Shown here in pieces: positions 52,860 through 64,000 of a stretch of 64,000 nt of DNA. Positions within the stretch are counted from its first letter, which is position 1; each line of letters begins with the position of its first letter. The notes beneath the pieces are model-generated. The model was given only the letters and a program-made list of their open reading frames with translations. It did no database searches and had not been told where the DNA came from. This DNA is from Bugula neritina. Its lineage: Eukaryota; Animalia; Bryozoa. The position numbers and the translations under genes are program-made. Location: the NCBI GenBank assembly GCA_964035545.1, contig OZ037772.1:12150818-12214817 (forward strand), in the 5' to 3' direction.

Positions 52860-55108
52860 ATTGTCTTGCGTGACTACGAGAGATTTCCATCTGAAAACGG
52901 GCATTTGATTTTTCTCATACAGCTCACAGATCCAAAATTAGCCCAACAAAATTGGCAATTTCACTGTGGTTGATTTACCAGCTCACTTTGTTTCTTATAA
53001 AAAATTGTATGTATTATCAAAAATTTGAAAAATTAGGGTTTATCTCCACACAAACTTATTTAAAATTTATTATATTTTAATATTTTAAAAAAAAAATAAT
53101 AGAAAAAAAACAATGTTTACAGCATTAATTAAACTTTAAAAGTTTAAATAATGTTTTTTAAATTAAAATAATTCTTAAAGAGAGCGATTTTGAAATTTAC
53201 ACACCTAAAATTATATTTTATTGATTTGTCTAGGCATCTGTGAAAACTCCAAGTGATCAGAATGTGTTAATAATAGCACATGATTCCTGCAGCACGATTC
53301 AACAGTTACCAGTGGGTGGTTAACAACCTTGAGTCGATGAGGGGTGCCTCCGGTAACTGGTAAAGTTGTGTCTGCAAGCATTGCCTAATATGCTTGTTGC
53401 CGGAATGCTCTATAAGCAGCTCGGGTGCAGTGGTTTGCGATCTGAACTATTGAAGAACGCAACTTCAAACTTGAGAAGCTTATAGTGCAATCCTGCGCCA
53501 ACGAGCACATAACTCCAAATATACCACCATATATATCAACTTCATGCATAGGCTTCTCTCCCATGGTCCCTTCTAACCTAAGGGGCAAATCCGCAGAGCA
53601 TGTAAGTGTATCATTAACTTTATTTTTCAAAAAATAGCCTCCTTTTTTTATTACAGCTGCTGCTTGGTTGGTATCTCCCATCTAGCAGGCTCAATTTTGT
53701 GGATCAAAATTCGCTAAAATAAGGTGCAGAGTTGTGCTCTCGTGCAGGACAACTCTACAAAACGCAATTTTCGAACGAAATTGCAAGAAATTACACTAAC
53801 CTTGCCATCCAGTGCTCAATGAAAACCTGTATTCCACAGTGGTTTAGAGCATATTCATAGGTGGTGAAATTGGTTATATTGCAGGAATTTAAATGGTGTG
53901 AAATAGGGTTCGGATCTAGAAACTTTTTTCAAGCTTGCGATTTTTCTGGTTTTTTGCTTTGGTGGTTTCCATTCGGTGTACTGAATCTCACTTTTTGGTG
54001 TTTTTACAGTTTAATTGGTGGATTTCACTGATTCTAGGCATTTAGGCTTCATCCTGAAGCACTGGATGTGTTTTTAAAATTTTTGTAATTTTTCTCATTT
54101 TTATGCAGGTTTTGTGTATGTCCATTTTGGAGCACCAGGATGTGGCAGTAGGTGCCTTTTTGTGTAATCTTTTGCATTTTAGAGCGTTTTGTAGAGTTGT
54201 CCTGCAACTCTGCACCTTATTTTAGCGAATTTTGAGCCATGAAAATGAGCATTTTGGATTTGGGCCAGCAGCAGCTGTGAAAACTTTTTTTAGGAAGCTT
54301 TTTAAGAAAAAAGATTGGTATATTATGCTTGGGTTGGAAATGCAAAAGGGAATTATAGACAACTCCTAAATTTATTTTTAACTAATAGCATATTATAAGA
54401 ATATGCTGGGTGCATGATTATTTACAAGCAGTACCCTGTTGAGGGTGATTGAGTGCAGCAGCTTATTATTTTTAAGTATGAAGTTGTGTTCTCCAAACTT
54501 TTTAACTTTACACTGCTTGTAGGCACTCAAACTGCCTGAAGAGCAATTCTGCAACAAGCACATTAGTCATTGCTTGCAGACACAACTCTACCAGTTACCT
54601 CAGCCTGGAGTGAACCCCTGATCAACTCAAGGTTGCTATCCACCCCTGGCATCTGTGTTACAGGTGCACTAACTGAACTGTGCTGCAGAAATCATGTGCT
54701 AAGTATATCACATTCCGATCACTATATGTGTCCAGGGATGCCTAGGCAAATCAATAAAATATAAGTTCAAGTGTGTAAATTTCAAAATTGCTGCATTTAT
54801 AGAATCCTGTACATTTTAAACATTAATTAAACTTTTAAAGTTTAATTAGTGCTGTAAACATTGTTGTTTTTTGTCTATTATGTTTATTTTTGAAAATATT
54901 ATAACATAAAAAATTTAAATAAATGTATGTGGAGATAAACCCTAATTTTTCAAAATTATAATAATATATATGAAAAAAAAGTGAGCTGGTAAATCAACCT
55001 CAGTGAAATTGTCAATTTCGTTGGGCTACTTTTAGATCTGTGAACTGTATTAGAAGAACCCAACTGTTTTTTCTCAGCTGGAAATACACTAAGTCATGTA
55101 AGACAATT
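52860..55108. repeat. Long diverged inverted repeat (arms ~52860-53830 and ~54105-55108, spacer ~270 bp)
   Basis: Collinear reverse-complement matches, e.g. GGTTGATTTACCAGCTCACTTT/AAAGTGAGCTGGTAAATCAACC and TTCGCTAAAATAAGGTGCAGAGTTG/CAACTCTGCACCTTATTTTAGCGAA. Confidence 0.9.
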
Positions 55109-56196
55109 AAACTTACATATATCTGTTCTTTTGAAGAACAAGACATTCGTTTAATATTTCTGCTAACTGCAGCTTTCCCAGAGTGACTACGAAAAAATAC
55201 AATAATATAGAAAGAATCTTGATTATATTCAAAAGCAAAGAAGAACATCTACACAGTTATTAAATATCCTTAGGTTTAAGAAAGAAAGAATTCTCAAATA
55301 CTCTGTCTTCATTCTTGCAAAATACATCATCTCAAATTTTGAATAAAATTTCAGCATTATTATAGCAAAATTATAGCTTGTGTTCATCTAATAGAAATTG
55401 CAATAAAACCCTCTTTATGCATTATTATAATATAAATATTATTATATTTGATTCCACCTGTTAGAGGTATGGGATTGCTTTCTTAGTTCAGGTGTTGGCA
55501 GCAATGTTTGTGCTGTAAATGAAGGAAGTTTAGTATCATTCATGTTGGCTTTATTAATTTTTTGATTTCTATAATACCACAAAGGGAAGTTTAATACTGT
55601 AAAGTGCAACTCACAGCTGATATAGCGAGTTCTGTGCAGTAAGTAAAGGCAAGTAAGAATATGTTGACTTGATTTTGGTGCAGGCCCGTTTATGTTACAT
55701 ATTACTGAATGGGTGTTTTTGACTACAATCGTCCTTAACTGAAAGCAGCAATAATGTGATATTCCACCTCAAGTTACCTTGTGTGAGATCACATTTCCAA
55801 GTGAAACTGCCACATATTATTTTACAAATACTTTGTTTGGTCCACAATAAATTGATGGTTTTTAGTTACATTATGTTTAATTACAGTGAAAAGTAATATT
55901 GGTAGACTCAGTGTCAATAAGACAGGGACAATGGGTCTCCCTAGACAACTAACGTTATATACTAAATCAATGGCAGAACAAGCTACCGTCAGACATGAGC
56001 AGTGGAACCATTGACATATGTTAAGAATCAAGCGGAATAGAAGTGTCACTTGCATAGGAACTTGTGGTTTTTCCGTCGATGTAATCCGTACGGATTCATT
56101 CACCTTCATGGTGACGCAGGGTATGTAGGCATCACGACATGTATCAAGAAGCCGTAATTGTTGGCTAAGTTCTATAATTTTGTTTTATGATTAAAT

Positions 56197-56800
56197 TATG
56201 ACAGTACCAGCAGTGATATACACTGTCTGGACCGTAGGCCAAGAGAGCGTCTTGCGACACTAAGTACGATTCCACTAGATAACCTCAGCTGCATTAGTAA
56301 GTTGACTGAACAACTTAGTCTGATAATTACCTTTTATGCGACTAAAATAAGGTTCGCTAGTTGTATCGTGTAAATGTTACCGTGCGCTATTAACACACTC
56401 TGCCACAAACCTGGTAAATTGGCGACTAGTCAAATCGTAATAAATAGCAAAACGGTGTGTAACAATTTAAAAGCCCGTCATCTCAAGACTAAAACATTTT
56501 TTACGTAATATTAATAACAACTTTAATATTTAATTTATATTAACAAATAAATAAACACAAATACTTTTATGAGTTGCATACCTCATAAAACCTTTTAGCA
56601 AAACGTTGTTCAAATTGAAACACATGGGGAGACAAACCCATTTTCTTCAACTTTTGGTCAGTCGATTTTAAAAATGTTTCTCAGTGTTCGAACACACCAT
56701 GTTACATTGACAGCAATATTTTAACAACTGTTTGCTTTTAGAAGATTTAACTCTTGTGTTTTTTATTAATTCTAAAATCACCAGTTGAATATATTCTGTG
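56197..56800 (+). mobile_element. Dispersed repeat family copy C
   Basis: Same core and tail as copy A, in opposite orientation. Confidence 0.8.
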
Positions 56801-57265
56801 GCAAATGTATAAAATTGTGCCAAGAAATAATGAATAACAAGCTTACAAGTTACACAACAGTAGTGAGATTAAAGTTCATAGCTTCAATTAGACACATTAG
56901 TGCTAGTTTTTAGACAATGTCATTAGCATTACTAAATTTACTTACAACCCTGTTACCTTTTTATAATTCAAAAACTAGTCTCCAAGATTGAGAATTTAGA
57001 CTATTATCACATGACCTGTTTTCACATATCAAATGAAATCATATTTCAATCTGAATAGTTCTTAACTAGTTGATCTACTTGCACATCCTCAAGTGTAACG
57101 CATATAATATTAGAAATGTAGAGGAGACAATTATTATCAATGTAATTAAAATTATAAACGTACCAGCTGGCTATATATTATATATTATCTGCCAAAGAAT
57201 AGCAAAATGGTGTGTAACAACTATAATAGTTCCTTCTCCACTATTTTAATAGTTTTCTTTGTATT

Positions 57266-57756
57266 ATAACAGTACCAGCAGTGATATACACTGTCTGGAC
57301 CGTAGGCCAAGGGCGCGTCTTGCGACACTAAGCCTAGGGCCACACGGTGCGTATTTTCGCATGCGAAAATTGAAATCACAAGTAGCAAAGGTGTCCACTG
57401 TGCGCGTTGAGAAAACATTCGCACTTGTCGCTCTGCATTTTCAACGCAAGTGCGAATCGTCTTTGTCGTCGTCACCTAATTGGCTGGTAGTTATTCAGCG
57501 AGCCCAATTTCTTTATTTAGTGCTATATTCCAGTAAATTGCGTTTTATTGAAAGCGAGTGCGATTTAAAAATGAAAGCTTTATTTATCACGCATCACTGA
57601 CGCTACAGTGGACACCTTTGCTACTTGTGATTTTAATTTTCGCATGCGAAAATACGCACAGTGTGGCCCTAGGCTAAGTACGATTCTACTAGATAACCTC
57701 AGCTGCATTATTAAGTTGACTGAACAACTTAGTCTGATATTTACCTTTTATGCAAT
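57266..57756 (+). mobile_element. Dispersed repeat family copy D, truncated and interrupted by a MITE
   Basis: Core sequence is split at GACAC-TAA-GTACG by the 57332-57674 insertion. Confidence 0.8.
57332..57674. mobile_element. PIF/Harbinger (Tourist-type) MITE, 343 bp, TSD TAA
   Basis: About 68-bp near-perfect TIRs starting GCCTAGGGCCACAC. TAA at 57329-57331 and 57675-57677. The empty site is visible in copy C (~56260). Confidence 0.92.
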
Positions 57757-58752
57757 TGTGCAGAGAGGAGCAGTCCAGTGTATAAATAACTAGCTATAGT
57801 ATGCAAGTCACTGCAAAGTTTATTTCAAGTAGTAAACTAGAGAGCCTAATGCCATATTCTGGAATAAAAACCTGCGCCTTAAATTTTCACAAAGTAGGCG
57901 TACATATACCGTAGAAATAAGACATAATGTTATTATGTAGAGTAAAAATATCATGTAGATATTACAAGATCAGTATTCATTCACACATATACAAACACAA
58001 GTTGTCTAGGAAGGTGAGAGATTTGTCCAAGACTGAAGTTTTGCATTTGAAGTACACCAACATGATTACTAGAAATATAACTTTATTAAATAGAATAAAA
58101 ATAATATAATTTATAAACAGATGTCAAGCGATCACGTCTGCAAAATAAGGTTTTAATTACGAAATTGTTTACCATGCAAATGGCCTAGACTAAAGCCGAG
58201 ACCCACTATATGATGACAAGTGCACAATCATTGATGTCATCAGTGCAAAGCGTAGAAAATATAAAAAAGATACAAGTTGAAATGATATGACACTTCAAAA
58301 AATAAGAAACAATAATCAAGAAATGGATATGATATCAACCTGCATAACACATTTAACAAAAATGCACTTTGCAAAACGTGATATCGTATTAAATAGTAAA
58401 ATCTAAAGCATCGAGCAAACCATCATGATATCAGTCATAAAAAGCACAAACATTGCTGGCATAACAAAACGCCACATAGAAACTCATAGGTTTTTAAGAA
58501 AAGTACAACACTTCTGATGACATCAGACATACCCTGTAATAGTACACCAGTATTTATGACATCACGAAAACCACACAAGTAAAGCATTTGCTAACCACAT
58601 AGCTACTGTAGCTATTTACAAAACGCAAAGGATATTCAACTACAAAACGTAAACTGAATATTGCTGAAAGAAATTTCAGATATGAAGTGTTGCATGTTAG
58701 TGATATGGTGAAATGTGTTCCGGTGATGTAGAGAGGATGTGATGTCACGCAG

Positions 58753-61700
58753 CTAGTGACCGTCATCCTCGATCTCTTCCACATACGCCAACGGGAAGTA
58801 CCCCACCTACAGTACACAACAAACGTAGAGCACCAAAGCTATACATAGAGAACCAAGGCTAAAACCGACACCAGAGGAATCTCATCACGGAGACAGCTGG
58901 CCAACCACCAACTTACCCGGCCCAGCTCCTGATTATGAATGACGGCTCCTTTCCACCAACCTCTGTCACCACCAGCCTTGCTAATGATTGCCACTACGTC
59001 ACCAGATGTTAGGTTGATCTGATTGGTCTCCGTGGACGAGTAGTCATATGATACCAGCGCCTTGCCGACTATTGGGGGAATTGGGGTGGACCTTCTCACT
59101 GCTACAAACACATCTAAAGGTGTCACAATGCAACATCTAAAGGTGTCACATCACAACATCTGAAGGTGTCACATCACAACATCTGAAGGTGTCACATCAC
59201 AACATCTGAAGGTGTCACATCACAACATCTGAAGGTGTCCGAGATTCAGCAAGAAGGAAATCTAATTTTTACCCCAGGGCGAGAGAGGATAACTTACAGA
59301 CAGTTCTTATATAGTGTAATACAGAGTTACAATAATAAGCAGCATTAGCAGCATCATATTTGCATCAGCCAATAGCAAGCAGCAATTAGCAGTACACTAC
59401 ACATTATTGCTGTGTTGAAAGCCAGAAAAGCGGAGCTGGAAAATGCAGACTTCATAACAGACCAAATGGAGCCTGATGAGAGCATAGAGGGGGTGGGGCT
59501 GCGGAGAGCATAGAGGGGGTGGGGCTGCGGAGAGCATAGAGGGGGCGAGGCTGATGAGAGCATAGAGAGGGGGGGGGGGCTGTTGAGAGCAAAAAGGGAA
59601 GGGGCTGTGGTGAAAATGAGATACAAGAGAATAGAGGAATTTCAACATTGAAAATTAGTTTCCAAAATATTGGACCAAGTGTATGGATAAGCTGAGAGTG
59701 ATGTAAGAGGAAGTGGCCCACCCACCTACCAACAGAAGGATAAACAGGAAATACCACAGACAGGAAGTGCCCCACCCACTAGACTCAGATTACACCAGAT
59801 AAGTGAATCACAAGGATGGGGAGTTGCACCCATTCACCAACTGCAGACGGACATGTAGAGCTGACTTACACGGCCTTGGAGTCAACGCTGTCGAACCAAG
59901 AAGAGACGGAGAAGATCCAGCTCGAAGGCGAGGAGCTGCAATCATTTATACAACATGACAGAGCACCTGTACAACATGACAGAGCACCTGTACAGCATGA
60001 CAGAGCACCTGTACAGCATGACAGAGCACCTGTACAGCATGACAGAGCACCTGTACAACATGACAGAGCACCTGTACAACATGAAAGAGCACCTGTAGGA
60101 TATGGTAACTTACCTATGCGATATTTCTCACCTTTCTCCAGCATGTTCTGATAAGGTGGCGGCTTATTTATACAATATGGTGGCGTACATATACAGTATG
60201 GTAATATATATGATAGTTATATAGTGTATACATTGTATGGTGGTGAGAAATTGTCCAGTAATGATGGAATCAAGTTCACACAACACATTCACTATGATTA
60301 TAGGAAGACAATACTAACAGCAGGATATAGGGCATTGCTGGAAGGACATGACATGTCAGAGCAGGTAGTTGAGGGAGAATGACACACCAACAGGTATATA
60401 CATGCTAATAGCCGACACCAATAGAGTTATCCCCCTTACACCATATAATAGAGGACTAACAGATGCTGCGAGTAGAAAGCGTTTCAGACTAAGAAGAATA
60501 TCTTACTCCTTGCTACACAAGAGACGGTTACAGAGCACCTGCTACATAGCAGACGGTTACAGAGCACCTGCTACATAGCAGACGGTTACAGAGCACCTGC
60601 TACATAGCAGACTATCCACTGAGTACATGCAGACAGGATGGACATACAGACAGACACACAGGGTGGACATACAGACAGACACTTACATGGGCGTCTCATC
60701 TCCGTTTGAGATGAGAACTCAAAAGAGTTACTATGGGAGACATGTGAGAAACGAGACACACTGTCTACAGAAAACATGAGCAGAATAAAATTAAAACCAC
60801 AGTGTTGTTAGCCTGCAGTTGATTGGTTCGTTCTCTGCCAGCAGACCAATCAGCTGCAGAAACATTAAATGGCAGTCAGTTGTTCATGCAGGAAAAGTAA
60901 CTGAGAAAAAAAAAGCAATTATGTATGTTAGCACCACACAACACTGCATATAACTCAACTATACTATATATAACTCAGTTATACTATATATAACTCAGTT
61001 ATACTATATATAACTCAACTATACTATATATAACTCAACTATACTATATATAACTCAACTATACTATATATAACTCAACTATACTATATATAACTCAGCT
61101 AATAATTACTATACATAAGATATGAAAAAGAAAATATCTACGTAGTGGATAAAGAGCGGCAAATAGAGTAGAATATGGTGAACTTACTTCTGCGATTGAA
61201 TGGAATAAGTAGAGGAGTTGTGAGTTCCGGAAAACTGTCCTGCAGTGTGTGCGTCTCGTAATACTGTATCAGCATCTACCAGCATGAGAGACAGGTGTCA
61301 GCAGGTGTCTGAGAGACAGGTGTCAGCAAGTGTATGAGACAAGTGTCAACTGGTATATGAGAGACAGATGTTAGGAGGTGTATGAGAGACAGGTGTCAGC
61401 AGGTGTATGAGACAAGTGTTCGGAGGTGTCTGAGAGACAGGTGTCAGCAAGTGTATGGGAGACAGGTGTCAGCAGGTGTATGAGAGACATGTGTCAGCAG
61501 GTGCACAGTAATTCATATATCATCAAAAGTTGCCAGTGAACTAGTAATGCAGAGAAAATAATGAAAAACAAACCTGTATGGATTCAAAGTTTTTATAGTC
61601 TGCTATTGAGTAGATGTCGTTAGGTGATTTGGTTATTTTTATATGTTTGGCTGTTCCTTGATATCTAAAGGCAGAAACTGAACACATGTAAGTAGAAATG

Positions 61701-63881
61701 AAAGGAAGGCAACAATTCAGAGGGATATAGTTATCCTGTCTCAGCACAAGTGATGTGATATTGTTGGTGCTGAACTGACGACCAACAAGAACTGAAATTA
61801 AATAATAAATAAACTAGAATTGTCAACAGCACAGCTCACACAGAAAGGTAAAATGTAGTCTCTTTGCGGTGTCAGACTGGCTGCACCCTCCCCCATAGTG
61901 TTGCCAGAAAAACGGAAAGGTCAAAAATCAACTTACGCGATGCCTATAGCATAAGTTCCAGGATTATCTTTGCTTTCCCGCACCAGGAACACCCCGTCCT
62001 CCTGAGCGCTGAGTTTCTGTGAGGCTTCTGTTTTGTTGTACGTACCAATATACCTGCAGTCATAGCAACAGCTACCATGACAACAGTTACCGTGGGGACA
62101 GTTACGTCAACAACATGGTTGCCATAGCAGCAGGAGTTTGGTAATAAGATACATTCACATTTGGCAACAGCAATTGAATGCTGAGAGACCTAAAGTACTC
62201 AGCCCGAAGTGTGCGATGAATAACGTACCAGGGATAGTCGCTTAGTCTGGGACTGTTCACATAGAGCGGGCTGCCGTGGTGACTCTAAAACAGGAGGTAC
62301 ACAGGCTAAAGTGATGTGGGCTGTACTGTGAAGACGTGTTCAGATAGTAGATACTAAAGTGATGTGGGCTGTACTGTGACGACATGTTTAGATAGATATT
62401 AAAGTGATGTGGGCTGTACTGTGAGGACGTGTTTAGATAGTAGATACTAAAGCTACTCACCGAGAGGGAGCTGGAATTTCTGGATACAGTGCTAGGCTTG
62501 CTGAAGCCATTAAGCATGGACTGCAATAAAAGATAGCTTTAATACTGCATGGTCACACTACACGCATTGCCATACATCATTTAGGTGGTCATAGCTTTAC
62601 TACTGAATGGTTATAAACAGTATATAAGTTGACTACTGAACGGTAACAAAACAGCATATAAGGTCACTACTGAGTGGTAACACGCTTACCCCCTGTCTAG
62701 CCAGTTTCTCGACGTATGTTGCGGGGAAGTAACCATGATGACCCCCGCGTGACCCCATCCACCAGTCCTGGTCATCTGTGTTCTCCACCTCCAGCGTGTC
62801 ATCTGCAAACCAGAGCAGGCAAGAGATCACATCTGGTGACACTCACACACTTACCCTGTGAAAACTTGAAACTCGCACAATTACCCTGTGAAAACTCGAG
62901 ACTCGCACACTTACCCTGTGAGAACTTCAGACTAGGCCGACCAAGGGGTGGAGGAGGCAACCCCTGATATGCATATTTAGCTTTGTACCGGATGCCGTGT
63001 ATCGAATGTGCCCCCTGACGCCTCGAACCACTTGACGCTACAAAGCAGACGGAAAACAAAGAAATTATACACATTCGAGTGGATATTATCAGTATTAGGG
63101 AAATGTGGGAGTAACAATTACTATAAGTTTTAAACCCGAGTTCCATTCAAGGCAAGCGTAGCTGTCCGTAGCGGACCACTAGTGACAGGAAGTTGAGTTC
63201 CTTAGCCTTCAACAAAGCGAAATTTTACAAACTCATGTGAGAATTTGTTACAGCAACACACGATTGGATTGACAACAGCACATGAGTTTATATATCTCTT
63301 CAAGAGAGAAGATAACTCTTGTGTGCATATAATTAGTATATGAATGGTAGAACTTTCAAGTTAGGCAGATGATTATCAGTTATCAAAGCAGTGTGAGATG
63401 AGTAAGCAGGCGTTAGCATAGCCCTCTATTCAAGCCGCTGCAGAAGTTCATCATGCAGAATAATCATGTGAGTGAGTCAGAGAAAGTTAGAGAGACTGAG
63501 TGAGTGGGTGAGAGTCAGAGTGAGTTAGAGAGACTGAGTTAGAAAGAGTTAGTGAGTGTGTGAGTTATAAAGAGTGAGTGAGTGTGAGAGTCAGACTGAG
63601 TTAAAGAGACTGAGTTAGAAAGAGTTAGTGAGTGTGTGAGTTAGAAAGAGTGAGTGAGTGTGTGTGGGAGTCGGAGTGAGTTAGTTAGAGTGAGTGTGTG
63701 AGAGAGTGAATTAGAAAGTAAGGAGTTAAAGAGAGTCATTTAGTGAGTTAGTAGGCGAGTGACTGAGAGAGATTAGAAGATGCAAGAGATGGCGAGACGT
63801 CATTCAGATGAGTAAATCATTCAGAGAGAGAGGATAACTTACATAGACGAGCACTTCGTGTTGAGGAGAGGTTGGGTCTGG
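58753..63881 (-). CDS. VAV: Vav-family Rho/Rac GEF, 3' part (SH3-SH2-SH3); the gene continues beyond the window
   Basis: N-SH3 with the Vav-typical YQGLPPPP insert and DWWMG..GYFP; SH2 (YPWYIG..GVFLVRES..AKHIKI..YYETHTLQDSFPEL); C-SH3 (ALVSYDY..GWWKG..VGYFPLAYVEE). TAG at 58753-58755. Confidence 0.9.
59105..59238. repeat. 23-bp minisatellite next to a Vav acceptor
   Basis: ACAACATCTGAAGGTGTCACATC, ~5-6 copies. Confidence 0.9.
59948..60097. repeat. 21-bp minisatellite next to a Vav acceptor
   Basis: ACAACATGACAGAGCACCTGT, 7 copies. Confidence 0.9.
60948..61100. repeat. 20-bp minisatellite ATATAACTCAACTATACTAT
   Basis: About 7 tandem copies. Confidence 0.9.
61283..61503. repeat. Degenerate GAGACAGGTGTCAGCAGGTGTAT minisatellite next to a Vav SH2 exon
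   Basis: About 9 degenerate copies. Confidence 0.85.
62306..62452. repeat. ~47-bp minisatellite (3 copies) filling a Vav intron
   Basis: CTAAAGTGATGTGGGCTGTACTGTGA.. repeated. Confidence 0.85.
63466..63780. repeat. (GAGT/GA)-rich low-complexity tract
   Basis: Directly visible. Confidence 0.85.
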
Positions 63882-64000
63882 CTAGAGAGCAGAATGGCAA
63901 CAGACATTAACATTCGTATATCTATACATCTTATACCTATACATCTTATACCTATACATCTTATACCTATACATCTTATACCTATATCTATGTACCTATA

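Noticed and set aside
59470-59610. G-rich repeats (GAGAGCATAGAGGGGGTGGGGCT) as a G-quadruplex element
   Set aside because: Another short intronic minisatellite; nothing in the sequence supports a function.

Overview
AT-rich, intron-rich animal genomic DNA, probably from an invertebrate; the species cannot be determined from the sequence. Five spliced protein-coding genes can be reconstructed by hand: (1) a RING-B-box-B-box-coiled-coil-beta-propeller TRIM gene (+, 715-7352); (2) a large CEP350-like centrosomal gene (-, ~8590-32848); (3) an unrecognised 197-aa gene with an MGCxxS acylation motif and an RVxF motif (-, 35549-37885); (4) a VPS9-domain Rab-GEF-like gene (+, ~39927-50707); (5) the 3' SH3-SH2-SH3 end of a Vav gene (-, 58753 to beyond 64000). 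Mobile DNA: an intron-containing, internally deleted P-element (THAP9-like transposase, 8-bp TSD) lying in sense orientation in TRIM intron 5, two MITEs with TSDs, a dispersed hairpin-ended repeat family, and a ~2.2-kb (possibly ~5-kb) inverted duplication. Best leads: a possible in-frame TRIM-transposase splice fusion, the orphan acylated PP1-docking candidate, a window-wide pattern of minisatellites and splice-site 'echoes' at exon edges, and the apparent loss of the CAP-Gly domain from CEP350. All exon coordinates were derived by eye; no RNA or database evidence was available.
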